Source of the DNA: Savitreella phatthalungensis
Lineage: Eukaryota
Reading direction: 5' to 3'
NCBI GenBank assembly: GCA_051599415.1
Contig: AP039703.1
Span: 248,001-312,000, forward strand
Length of the DNA: 64,000 nucleotides
The position numbers and the translations under genes are program-made. Under the pieces are notes generated by a model. It ran no database searches. It saw only the letters and a program-made list of their open reading frames with translations, and was not told the origin of the DNA. Positions 1 to 8,964 of this stretch are shown here, one piece after another. Numbering within the stretch: position 1 is the stretch's first letter; each line of letters opens with the position of its first letter.

Positions 1-224
1 TCATTCGGCAGAGGCAAGCAAGCAAGCAAGTTACAGTGAATCACTCCGATCGAGAGACACAGAATACACACACGGACAGAGAGAGAGAGCGCAAACTTCC
101 AACACCAAGATCCAACCCGAGATCCACCGTCCAGGACAATCAGTTGAAAGAGAGCGTCGCCTTACATTAGTCAAGAAACCACATCCTCTTTTTCACTTCT
201 CTACAGTCACCTCAAATCGCAATT

Positions 225-664
225 ATGGGCGGCGGACACCAGGGCGGTTACAGTAAGTCCTATTCCTTCCGCGGCGCTAAGTCTTCTTCTGCCGACCGAG
301 GTCTTTATTTATGAAGTGGACGTAGTTACTGACAGATTCTCCTTCAGTGGGTTGGTGGGGCTCCTTCCAGGGCGCTCGCCAGAAGGGCATCACGACGTAC
401 TCTCTGTCGTCGTTCCAGCAGCGTGCGCTCGCTGGAGCTGCACACAACGCCGTCTTCAACACTTTCAGACGCGTCAAGAACCAGTTCCTCTACTTCGTTC
501 CACCATTCATCGGCGCCTACTACATCTACACCTGGGCGAACGCAAAGTACGATCACCAATCCCCCTTTTTGACCAGAAGCAAGCGGCAGTACTGACATGA
601 ACTTTTCAACAGGAATGAGTACTATAACTCAAAGGCTGGACACGCAGAACTTGCCGAACACTAG
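225..664 (+). CDS. QCR8: Cytochrome bc1 complex subunit 8 (Qcr8/UQCRQ), 3 exons: 225-252, 348-546, 613-664; 92 aa
   Basis: Spliced product [39 protein letters not shown]...FNTFRRVKNQFLYFVPPF...WANAKNEYYNSKAGH. Introns 253-347 (GTAAGT..ACTGAC..CAG) and 547-612 (GTACGA..ACTGAC..CAG) give a 279-nt open frame. Confidence 0.95.
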
Positions 665-789
665 AGAATGAGCGATTGAGCTGAAAGAAAGAAATGCATC
701 ATATTGCGCTTGCTTGATACAACCTCAAGAGTCCCCTTGTCGCTTTCGTTCATCCAATCTTTTGTCCGCTTGTCCGCTCGTCCGCTCGT

Positions 790-1995
790 TTACAATACGC
801 CAAAACCCTTGGGATTGAAGGATCAGGTCAGCTTCTTGCTCTGCGCGACTGCGAAAATGCTCGGTTGAACTTACCCCGAGACCTGCGCCGCCAAAGCCGC
901 CGAGACCGCCGATGCCAGTATTGATGCAGTTGAGGCAGAGTGCCCCGATACAGGTTTGGCAAGATTGGACTCCAAGACCTCCCTATGTTTCGTGAAGCAG
1001 TTGTGTCAGTTCCTGATGTTCGAGGAGAGGCAGGCTGTTTTGTTTCCTTACAAATCCTGCACCGACGAGCGATCCACCTAACCCGAACCCGCCTCGAATG
1101 CCTGGGAAAAATCCACCGAGGCCGAGCCCAAGTCCAATACCTGAACCAAAAATGCCTAGCCCGCCGCCGAAAGGACTGAAACCGAAGCCTGCACCACCGA
1201 TCGGTAGACCTCCTAGCCCCTGTATGTGCCCACCACGTCAGTGATCGATACGAATGCGTGAGCAAGTGTGTGTGTATGGACTTACACCGAGTCCGAAGCC
1301 TAGAGGACCACCCAGACCGAGACCAAGCCCGCCTAGTCCACCAAATCCGCGGAGTCCAAATCCACCAAACCCACCAAATCCCTAGTCACCACGTCAGTCA
1401 CCATGTTCTTTTGGTGAACAGACGACTTACAAACCCGCCGAGACCTGCGGATAGGAGCAACCGTTTCTTGATACCAGTCCTTGACACTACTACTTCTGCG
1501 CTCCCAGATTTACTGGCTGGTGAAGCGTCTGGGGTGATGCAGTTGATGCACGTTGCTCCAAGACATTGTAGGCAGGATTGCCTGCCGATGCCACCTATCC
1601 CACCGCCGACGATGCCCTTGAACCCGGACACACCCCCTCCCTGCCAACGTGTCAGTGTCTGGGGTGTCTAGGTGTGGGGGAGGACGAACGATCGCTGTAG
1701 CCCTGAAGCTGAGATCAGCAGTATCGTTGGCTGCAAAGCGGGCGTTGAGAGTGGTGGTGTCGCATTGTGATGCTTGGTCGAACGACATGCCGCTCAGAAA
1801 GTGGTCAGGCAACGGATTTGCGAACACACGCTGGAAGTCTCGTGTCGTGACAGACTCGACCACAGACATCACTGCCTGGATGTCCTCAAGCCCAGAAACA
1901 TCGCCGGAGGCGGTGGTCGCGTTAGGCTGGGTGCTGGGTACTTGAGCTACGCACACGCAGGCAAGTAGAGAGAGCGTGATGGCAAAGATGAACAT
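790..1995 (-). CDS. Secreted glycine-rich, Cys-motif protein of unknown function; 6 exons (1995-1690, 1640-1431, 1381-1286, 1219-1052, 982-875, 807-790); about 301 aa
   Basis: Signal peptide MFIFAITLSLLACVCVA. Five introns, each with a GTTCGT/GTAAGT/GTAAGG donor, a CTGAC branch and an AG acceptor. Every exon length is a multiple of 3 and the joined frame is open. Two QSCxxCxGAxCxNC motifs and a KKR site. The last acceptor (AAG) is the least certain. Confidence 0.85.
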
Positions 1996-2222
1996 GGCTG
2001 CGGACGAAGATGGAGTGTAAGCTGTGGTGCAAGATGGCGCTCAAGTAGATAGATGCGTGCAGTAGGGAGCGATCGATTTTTTGGAATAGTACGCATCAGG
2101 CTCGAGTTCAGACGTCCTGCGTCTCAACATCCGAGCGTCTGTCGCAGATCAAGTCGGAGCTGTCTCAGACAGAGTTGAGCGATCCACAAAACAAGGGCAG
2201 TGGCGAATGAATGACGTCGGAG

Positions 2223-2978
2223 CTATTGCAGAACTTTGTAACATATGCCGTCTGGCTCGTCTTGATACGTTTTCAAGTCCAGTCTGCGGTGCTCAAGCGG
2301 TCGATCGATTGGCGACCAACCGTGATGAGAAATTTCTGTGACAATGATTCGGTGCAGTCCCAACGTAGGATCATCTTCGCTGTCAGAGCCGCCGTCGACG
2401 TCCAGGGATTCTGATTTTTTCAGCTTTTTTGAGCTCCGCCGCTGACTTGCTCCAAGGGAAGGAGAATCAGGTGCATCCTCATCTGACCCTATCTCTGACA
2501 ATCGGCGTTTTCTGGATTTCCTCGGCGTTTTGGGGGTGGTCGGCATGGCTTCTTCACCAAGGACAAATACCTTGACTTTAGTTTTGAGGCGCTGAAAACG
2601 CTGTTGAAGGGCTGTTTGCTTGATGTTGGACCCGGTGTGCTTGTGGAGGAGTGCGAAAGCGTCAGGCGGGGGTCTGGGAGCATGGACGAGCATATGAGCC
2701 ATGACGTCCATGAAGAGATCGTGCTCTGCGGTGCCGATGTTCGCAGGCGGCGTGCATTCGGTGGAAGCGTCTTCATTTTCTAGATTCGACCACGCCACCA
2801 TCTTCTTCAGGAGCCGGCGCCAGCGTGCACCCGCAGCGCCAGGATTCAAGTCATTCTTGCCGGCATGCCACTTGATCGCTTCGCTCGGCGTGGTGTCCAT
2901 CACGATAGGCACGAATACGAACCGCATCATTTCGTAGTCTGCAGGTGTGAAATCGATTTTGCGTTGAGATTCCTCCAT
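2223..2978 (-). CDS. Hypothetical nuclear protein with two Myb/SANT-like helical repeats, 251 aa
   Basis: ATG-initiated ORF. Repeats end in AAGARWRRLLKK and ALQQRFQRLKTK; basic NLS-like RKSRKRR; TPK/TPRK sites. N-terminus aligns with the neighbouring 3244-5304 protein. Confidence 0.75.
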   Translation of the reverse strand: MEESQRKIDFTPADYEMMRFVFVPIVMDTTPSEAIKWHAGKNDLNPGAAGARWRRLLKKMVAWSNLENEDASTECTPPANIGTAEHDLFMDVMAHMLVHAPRPPPDAFALLHKHTGSNIKQTALQQRFQRLKTKVKVFVLGEEAMPTTPKTPRKSRKRRLSEIGSDEDAPDSPSLGASQRRSSKKLKKSESLDVDGGSDSEDDPTLGLHRIIVTEISHHGWSPIDRPLEHRRLDLKTYQDEPDGICYKVLQ

Positions 2979-3243
2979 TTGTGCGACGATGAGATAATAT
3001 TATGAACAACGGTACACGTCTTTATCTTCGAGGCGGAGGGCATGTTGATATGCGCAACGGTGCACAACAACGATGCTCACATGACCAGGTCATTTGCTAA
3101 GTTATGTGTCAGGTTAGTACAGAGCGCTCAGGTCACACAAAAGACAGATGCTTGACACGCTCGCCTTGTGTCAGTCATGGACGCCGCATGCTGACTGCTT
3201 GGCCACTCCTGGCTAAGCTTGCGGTCAATTTGCTATGCCTGAT

Positions 3244-5304
3244 TCAAGGGGCAGATCGCAAAGATGACCTGACTTTCTGAAGGGCCTCGCTTGGTAGGCG
3301 TTTCCCAAACGATCCCACTTTTGAGTGGGGCTGCTCGCGTAGCTCATCGATCGCCTGCCACTCTGTATTGATGAAGGCCGTAGCAGCATTTGGAAAGCTC
3401 GGCCAGCAATTTGAGCGACTCTTAGATTTACAGCCAATGCAGCGGTAGACGTCGTTTGGATCGCGGACGACGCGATAGACCCGGACCGTTGGGATTTTGC
3501 AATCTTCACCGTTGTCCTTGCACTCATGGCACCTCAGGTGTTTCGGCAAGACAAAATGGAAAAGCGGTTGGCGGAGCAAGCGATTGCGCCAAGAAGTTGG
3601 TGGCTGGCATGCTCTAGGCCACACGAGATCCTTTAGCCACAACTCGGAATCGGGTTTCTGCACTTCGGATACCACTCGGGAGACCCAATCGACCTGCTCT
3701 TCTCCTTGTAGAACTGTCAGATGAGCAGCATTTGGATCTTGCGTGCTGAGACGATGACGTTGATCGATTGCACCTTGAGGACGGGCAGCCTCGATCCTTT
3801 CAGGTATCGGTAAATGATTCGAGTGCAATGCCGAGCTCGGTGGCTGATGTACTTGGTCAGCGGACACTGAAGATACAGCTGATTCCACGAAACTCTGGCG
3901 AGCGGGTCCTGCGCCGCTCAGAAGTCTCTTGAGGATGCTGGAGGGCAAATTTGTCCCGAGAGGACCTGCTTCTGCGAAAGTGTAGTTTTTGAGCATCCCC
4001 AAGGCCTGATCTTCGAACGCGATGAATTGCTCATCCGCTGGTGAAAAGACACATGTAAGGCCTGAAAGCTTGCAAGTCAAACAGCCACCTATTTTGGTCA
4101 TGATGGACAACTTGCATTTGCGTTCGTTGCACCGGCAAGAGGTGCAACGATGCTCTTCTGGGAGGATGTAATGGAACACGTCGCTGGCTGAGTGAAGGTT
4201 GGAGATCCATCGCCAGTTTCTTGACTGGTCGCGGGTGAATTTCAGATGTTTTAGCCAGTACTTAGAATCTGGCAGTCGTACTGCGGTGTCGACCCGCTGG
4301 ATCCAAGCATCCTTTTGCTCCTCTTTGCCAGCTTGGAGCTCAGTCGCATAGATGTGATCAATATTGAGCACACGGTCCGTAGGATTCTTCTTCTTTCTTT
4401 TCGGTGCACTGTCTTCATCGGCTTCGGCAACGAGCTGATTCTCAGCAGCATCGCGATCTAACTCGCTCTGATCTTGGCGATCTAGCTCGATATCCGGTGC
4501 TGACGCTGAAAGAGGTGTGTCGTCACCAGATTCAGATTGCTCATCGTATGTCACTGCAGTCCTTGGACGCAGTCTTGTCGAGCTTGTAGGCGTCTTAGGC
4601 GCGTCTGGCAAATTCTGCGAAGGCCGAGATCGCTTTCGAGGTCGTCCAGTGACTTCAGCCGAGCTTCTATTCGACCTGCTTTGATCTGTTTGATTCTGAT
4701 CGTCTTGGATGTTGAGTGATGGTGGCGTGTTGTAAAGTTGTGCAACTTCATTTGCTGGCTGTGCATCTAGTAATGAATCGCGAGTCGGGGTAGAATGCAT
4801 GCTAGTCGGTAGACTCAGATCATGTATATCTTCGGGTAGCAAGAGCAAGTCCTGTTTGAAGTTCGACCACCTTTTGCGGGCAACGCCCAACGTGATGCGA
4901 TTCACTTTGCAGTATTGGTCAAAATCACTGTCCTCTGGTGATGATTGCAAAACAGCTGCGTGCAGTATGATCGGCTTGAGCAATTGCATTTGCCCCTCAT
5001 TGAGTGATAGCGTACTTCGATGGAGAGCTCGTCCGTTCATGTTTGTCTCATATTCATTGTACCGGCTGATCCACTCGGCAAGATGCCTGCGCAGTGCTTT
5101 CCAATGCGGCTTGTAATCACGACGATCACATTGGTTCTTTTTGGCGAGCCACTTGAGTGCAGCCTTTGGCTTGTTCCGGAGCAACATCGGTATGACGCCA
5201 TCCTGTATAGTATCAGCACGTGAGGCGAATAACGAGATTTGTGAAAAGGCGCTGCTTACCTGGATGATCTCCGCTTGATCGACAGGATATATTGTATCAA
5301 GCAT
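3244..5304 (-). CDS. Putative transcription regulator: N-terminal Myb-like double domain plus two Zn(II)2Cys6-like clusters; probable in-frame intron 5203-5259 (667 aa spliced)
   Basis: 686-codon ORF. Clusters are C-x2-C-x6-C-x10-C-x2-C-x6-C (4051-4146) and C-x2-C-x6-C-x19-C-x2-C-x7-C (3406-3531). NLS PKRKKK. A 57-nt GTAAGC..GCTGAT..CAG segment lies near the start. Confidence 0.8.
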   Translation of the reverse strand: MLDTIYPVDQAEIIQVSSAFSQISLFASRADTIQDGVIPMLLRNKPKAALKWLAKKNQCDRRDYKPHWKALRRHLAEWISRYNEYETNMNGRALHRSTLSLNEGQMQLLKPIILHAAVLQSSPEDSDFDQYCKVNRITLGVARKRWSNFKQDLLLLPEDIHDLSLPTSMHSTPTRDSLLDAQPANEVAQLYNTPPSLNIQDDQNQTDQSRSNRSSAEVTGRPRKRSRPSQNLPDAPKTPTSSTRLRPRTAVTYDEQSESGDDTPLSASAPDIELDRQDQSELDRDAAENQLVAEADEDSAPKRKKKNPTDRVLNIDHIYATELQAGKEEQKDAWIQRVDTAVRLPDSKYWLKHLKFTRDQSRNWRWISNLHSASDVFHYILPEEHRCTSCRCNERKCKLSIMTKIGGCLTCKLSGLTCVFSPADEQFIAFEDQALGMLKNYTFAEAGPLGTNLPSSILKRLLSGAGPARQSFVESAVSSVSADQVHQPPSSALHSNHLPIPERIEAARPQGAIDQRHRLSTQDPNAAHLTVLQGEEQVDWVSRVVSEVQKPDSELWLKDLVWPRACQPPTSWRNRLLRQPLFHFVLPKHLRCHECKDNGEDCKIPTVRVYRVVRDPNDVYRCIGCKSKSRSNCWPSFPNAATAFINTEWQAIDELREQPHSKVGSFGKRLPSEALQKVRSSLRSAP

Positions 5305-5811
5305 GACCCCTGAGGATCAGCTGAATAGGCTACAATTGAGCACTAAGTGTGGTTGGTCAAGGAGATGGGTAGCTGTTGGTAAAGATGAGGAGGACGTGGA
5401 GGATGGTTGTTGCCAGTCACTGGGGAGATTAGGCGGGCTTATATGTGGCAATGTCCCAGAGTATCACTCAAGACTTGGACTAACTTAATTGAGTCTTTGA
5501 AAGGTGCTTTTCTCTTTCTTCAGTCACTTTTAATGGAGAATTAAATGATTATTGACTAATTTCTAACGTTTCCTGCTTCGAGCTGTTACTTTTTATTGAT
5601 CGTTCCACCTTGTATCAGCCTGGTACGCTTCCAGTTTAACATGATGCACTGTTGAATGCACAGACCGCCTGTCATCTTCTCTTCAGCTGACAGACAGCAA
5701 GCTAATAGTATACCATCAGTGATCAGGCTGAATGCACAAATACCTACCAGTGCACTTCAGCCTTTCCTCTTAGTGATCAGTGGTTCGATGTTTTGATGGG
5801 ATGCTGATGTG

Positions 5812-6333
5812 ATGGAGGAACGCTCATGCTGCTGCCACTCCCACGGTGGGTCTGCTGGCTCGCTCGGTGGGATTCGACAGACGCTAGATGAGATTGAGTT
5901 TTCGTCGCCTGTGCTGTCGCTGCATAAGTTGCTTTCGATCGATGCAGGGGATGCACAGCTTGATCGGTGGCTTGGACGTGGTCCATCATCATCACGTGGA
6001 GGCGCGCTTTGGAAGACTGATTCCTCTGGCTGGTTTCCTGTCCTGTACTGTCGCTCGGCACGCACTTTCCGATGGCTGTGTCGGGCAGGACTGTTGAAAG
6101 AGCAGCACGTGCCTGCAATCCTGCAACCACATCCGCTGGCCCAGGCAGTGACGCCAGAGGGCAGAAAATCACTCGCTCATCGCGCTGCAGCGTCCGGCGA
6201 CGGTGAGCTGCTAGCGGAGATCCTCACGCAGGCGAAACCGTACGCAGCCCAACTCCTAGATCAGCTAGATGCAGATGGCGAGACACCGCGTCAACTCGCC
6301 AAACGACGCGGAGTGCAAGATAGTACATTCTAG
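5812..6333 (+). CDS. Small ankyrin-repeat protein, ANKRD39-like, 173 aa
   Basis: N-terminal CCCHSH...GIRQTLDEIEF resembles the ANKRD39 CCSH...GVQQTLEEMDF motif as I recall it. Ankyrin-like segments DSSGWFPVLY, SLAHRAAASGDGELLAEIL, DADGETPRQLA. Confidence 0.7.
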   Translation: MEERSCCCHSHGGSAGSLGGIRQTLDEIEFSSPVLSLHKLLSIDAGDAQLDRWLGRGPSSSRGGALWKTDSSGWFPVLYCRSARTFRWLCRAGLLKEQHVPAILQPHPLAQAVTPEGRKSLAHRAAASGDGELLAEILTQAKPYAAQLLDQLDADGETPRQLAKRRGVQDSTF

Positions 6334-6445
6334 CATGCATGTAATTTCGTCAGGCGTCTAAAAGCACTAAGAGACTGGACGCTACTACAACCCTTTTGAC
6401 TTTAGGTCTCTTGTCGTTTTCACCTCCGTGAAGAGTCCTCGGGAC

Positions 6446-6907
6446 TTACTTCTTCTTGGGTCCGCCGAGGTCGGCACCGATGTCTTTGCCCCGTAGCTTG
6501 ACGCCGAGCTGTCGCTCGATCTTGGCTAGGATCTGCTGGTTGGGTACGGCCTTGCCTGACTCGTAGTCGTTGATGACTTGAGGTTTTTCGTTGATCTTCT
6601 GGGCGAGGTCGGACTGCTTGAGACCCTTTGCCAGACGCGCCTGTGACATGACCTTTCCCACTTCCGCGTCCACCTTCTTTGGCGGAGCGACCTCGTTCTC
6701 CCGGTCAATCTTCGTCAGTAGCTGACCCTCGGTGCTCGAGTGCTGAGTATTCGCACCACCGTACTTCTTCTCAGTCCCGACAATGCCGCCCGCGCGAGCG
6801 GCAGCATTCACAGCCCCAGTCGTCCGTGCTACACCCGTCCGACTGCCTGTGCTCTTGCCGATCTTGACGACATCGTCCCATCCTGTGTTGCTCGGCTGGA
6901 ATGCCAT
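6446..6907 (-). CDS. MBF1: Multiprotein bridging factor 1
   Basis: GWDDVVKIG N-terminus, TEKKYG, EGQLLTKIDRE and the HTH3 domain QSDLAQKINEKPQVINDYESGKAVPNQQILAKIERQLGVKLRG. Confidence 0.97.
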   Translation of the reverse strand: MAFQPSNTGWDDVVKIGKSTGSRTGVARTTGAVNAAARAGGIVGTEKKYGGANTQHSSTEGQLLTKIDRENEVAPPKKVDAEVGKVMSQARLAKGLKQSDLAQKINEKPQVINDYESGKAVPNQQILAKIERQLGVKLRGKDIGADLGGPKKK

Positions 6908-7491
6908 GGTGGTAGATATATGCTAAGCTGCGATTGGAAAGATTTGAAGCCTGTCTGGACTCAAGGTTGTCTTGACGTTCGTAGGTGTCGTGCGTGGATC
7001 CGGGTTGAGCTGGTGACGTGAGCGGCGGAAACTCAATGACGGTCAAACGGTTACACGGCGGCGATCGAATCGAGAAGAATCTATTCACTTGAATTTGCAG
7101 CTATACCTCGCGATGTATGGAATTAAATCACGTGCATCTCCGATGTCATGCTGGGTATTCACGTCGAATGCGTAAGATTTTGTGCTCCCTGCCAGACGAT
7201 CATCTGCTGGACGCTGGCGTCCGAGTTCCAGGGGTCTCATCTCTATAGGCACTTTGACACCGGAAAAGCATAGCAATGAGTGTCTCGTGGGCAGAGGACA
7301 AGGGAGTCAATCACACTGCACTTGCGATTATCACAGTCGCGGTAGACCAGCCTATGGGCAGGGCTGAAGAACACCAGGTTGGATCAAGGCATAGTACTGA
7401 TTGTGATTGCTCGTGGAGCGTGAGGATGACACGTACGGTCAATAGACATTCATCGTTATTCGTTAAGATTAGGATCTGGGATATTGAAGAA

Positions 7492-8964
7492 TTACTCGAG
7501 ACCTGCTCTCTTCATCTCGAGCTGGTTTTCGAATTTGCGGAGTGTGAGCATGAGACGTTGCTTCATGATCGGGTTGATGGTTCGTTCGATTTCTGCTTTC
7601 TTTGCTGCGATGACGTCTAGCAGACTGTTGACGCCTTCCTTGAGCGCCTTGTCTTCCTTCTTGCTCTTTGCTGACTTTGGCTTGGTGGCGTTGGCGGATG
7701 CGGCTGAGGCTGTAGGATTGCCATCCGGTCCTACGGCGGTGGTAGCTGCGGGATCCTTGTCGGCGCCCTCGCCACCTTCGACACCTTCCAATGGCCCGTC
7801 GTCGCCGTCCTCCTCATCATCCTCACCGTCCTCCTCTTCGTCGTCGTCCGAGCCTGCCTCGCTCGCAGACGAGCCGGATGTGGCTGCGGCTGGCGTTTCG
7901 CCAGGGTGACCACCGGCTGGGGTGTCTACCTCGCCGATGATGGCCGGAGTCATGGCGCCTGGTGTGTAGGGAGAGACTGGTGGCATGGGTGAGTTGAGTT
8001 GTGCCTCTAGATCTGCGGCGTAGTCGTCGTAGTCTTCACCGTCGCCTTCGTCGTCGCCAGCATTCATGCCATCGATGTCCATCTCATCGCCGTAGGGCCG
8101 AGGTGAGGCGGTCGACTCGCGCTCCAGCTGATCGCGATCCATGATCTCGTACGTCGTCTGTTCAGACCTGGCATCCAGCCCGAGTAACCGCTCGACCTCC
8201 TTCTCCACGAGCTCGATCGTTTTGGCGGACGCGCGCTTGCGGAACCGTCGTTTGCGCACGTGACGGAGCGGAGGGGTGATCCCGTGCGGATACTGTAGGT
8301 CTTGAGGTCGTGTTGGAAGGGCGACGACGGTATCTTCGTGTGAGACGCGGTCGCCGACGAGGAGCATCTGACAGAGGTCTGCGACTTTGTAGATATTCTT
8401 CTTGTCGAAGGTTTTGTGGACCTCTGTGATGGTAGGGAGGTCGACCAGTCTCGCTGCGAACAGCTTCCGCTTGTTATCATGCTGGAGAATGACGACTGCA
8501 TTGCGGGAATCCTTCCACTTGACACTGATAAAGTCCATCCGCTCCTTGGCTGCGATTCGCTCTCTGACAAAGTCAGCTTCCACTGACGGTTTCCAACGCA
8601 TGAGCAGACATGTCTCGATCAGTGGGTCATCCTCGCGATCGGATGCTTCGCTATCATAGCCATATCCTGCCTGGATAGATTTGCGGAGTGTGATCTTGGT
8701 CGAGGATGCTTGGGACTGCTTGACTTTGACTTTCATTCCTGTTAGAGGCGCCTTGATCTTGACGCGTGGCAGCGAACCTGTGGAGCCTATGGCGCTGGCA
8801 GACCTGCTGCCGGCTCCCAACACAGACAGACCTGGTCGAGCCAGTGCAGACGGGAGGTTGCCTGCAGGCGCTGCTGTCGGCGTTCCCGGGATGCTGTCAT
8901 TGTCACGACCAGGGGTACCGGGAGTGGCAGCGCCCCCGCCGAGCTTGATCTTGAACTTGACCAT
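7492..8964 (-). CDS. TAF7: TFIID subunit 7 (TAFII55 N-terminal domain); start taken at ATG 8964
   Basis: GYGYDSEASDREDDPLIE, ARLVDLPTITEVHKTFDKKNIYKVADLCQML, YPHGITPPLRHVRKRRFRKR, and a C-terminal NPIMKQRL coiled coil. Confidence 0.95.
   Translation of the reverse strand: MVKFKIKLGGGAATPGTPGRDNDSIPGTPTAAPAGNLPSALARPGLSVLGAGSRSASAIGSTGSLPRVKIKAPLTGMKVKVKQSQASSTKITLRKSIQAGYGYDSEASDREDDPLIETCLLMRWKPSVEADFVRERIAAKERMDFISVKWKDSRNAVVILQHDNKRKLFAARLVDLPTITEVHKTFDKKNIYKVADLCQMLLVGDRVSHEDTVVALPTRPQDLQYPHGITPPLRHVRKRRFRKRASAKTIELVEKEVERLLGLDARSEQTTYEIMDRDQLERESTASPRPYGDEMDIDGMNAGDDEGDGEDYDDYAADLEAQLNSPMPPVSPYTPGAMTPAIIGEVDTPAGGHPGETPAAATSGSSASEAGSDDDEEEDGEDDEEDGDDGPLEGVEGGEGADKDPAATTAVGPDGNPTASAASANATKPKSAKSKKEDKALKEGVNSLLDVIAAKKAEIERTINPIMKQRLMLTLRKFENQLEMKRAGLE

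Noticed and set aside
2223..6333. Possibility that the orphan block is a transposon (e.g. Harbinger with a Myb-like ORF)
   Set aside because: No DDE transposase, reverse transcriptase, tyrosine recombinase, terminal inverted repeats or target-site duplication seen.
6331..6449. GTAAGT overlapping the MBF1 stop, suggesting a terminal intron and extended C-terminus
   Set aside because: The unspliced end GGPKKK-stop is the normal MBF1 terminus, and the spliced alternative would run antisense into the ankyrin gene.
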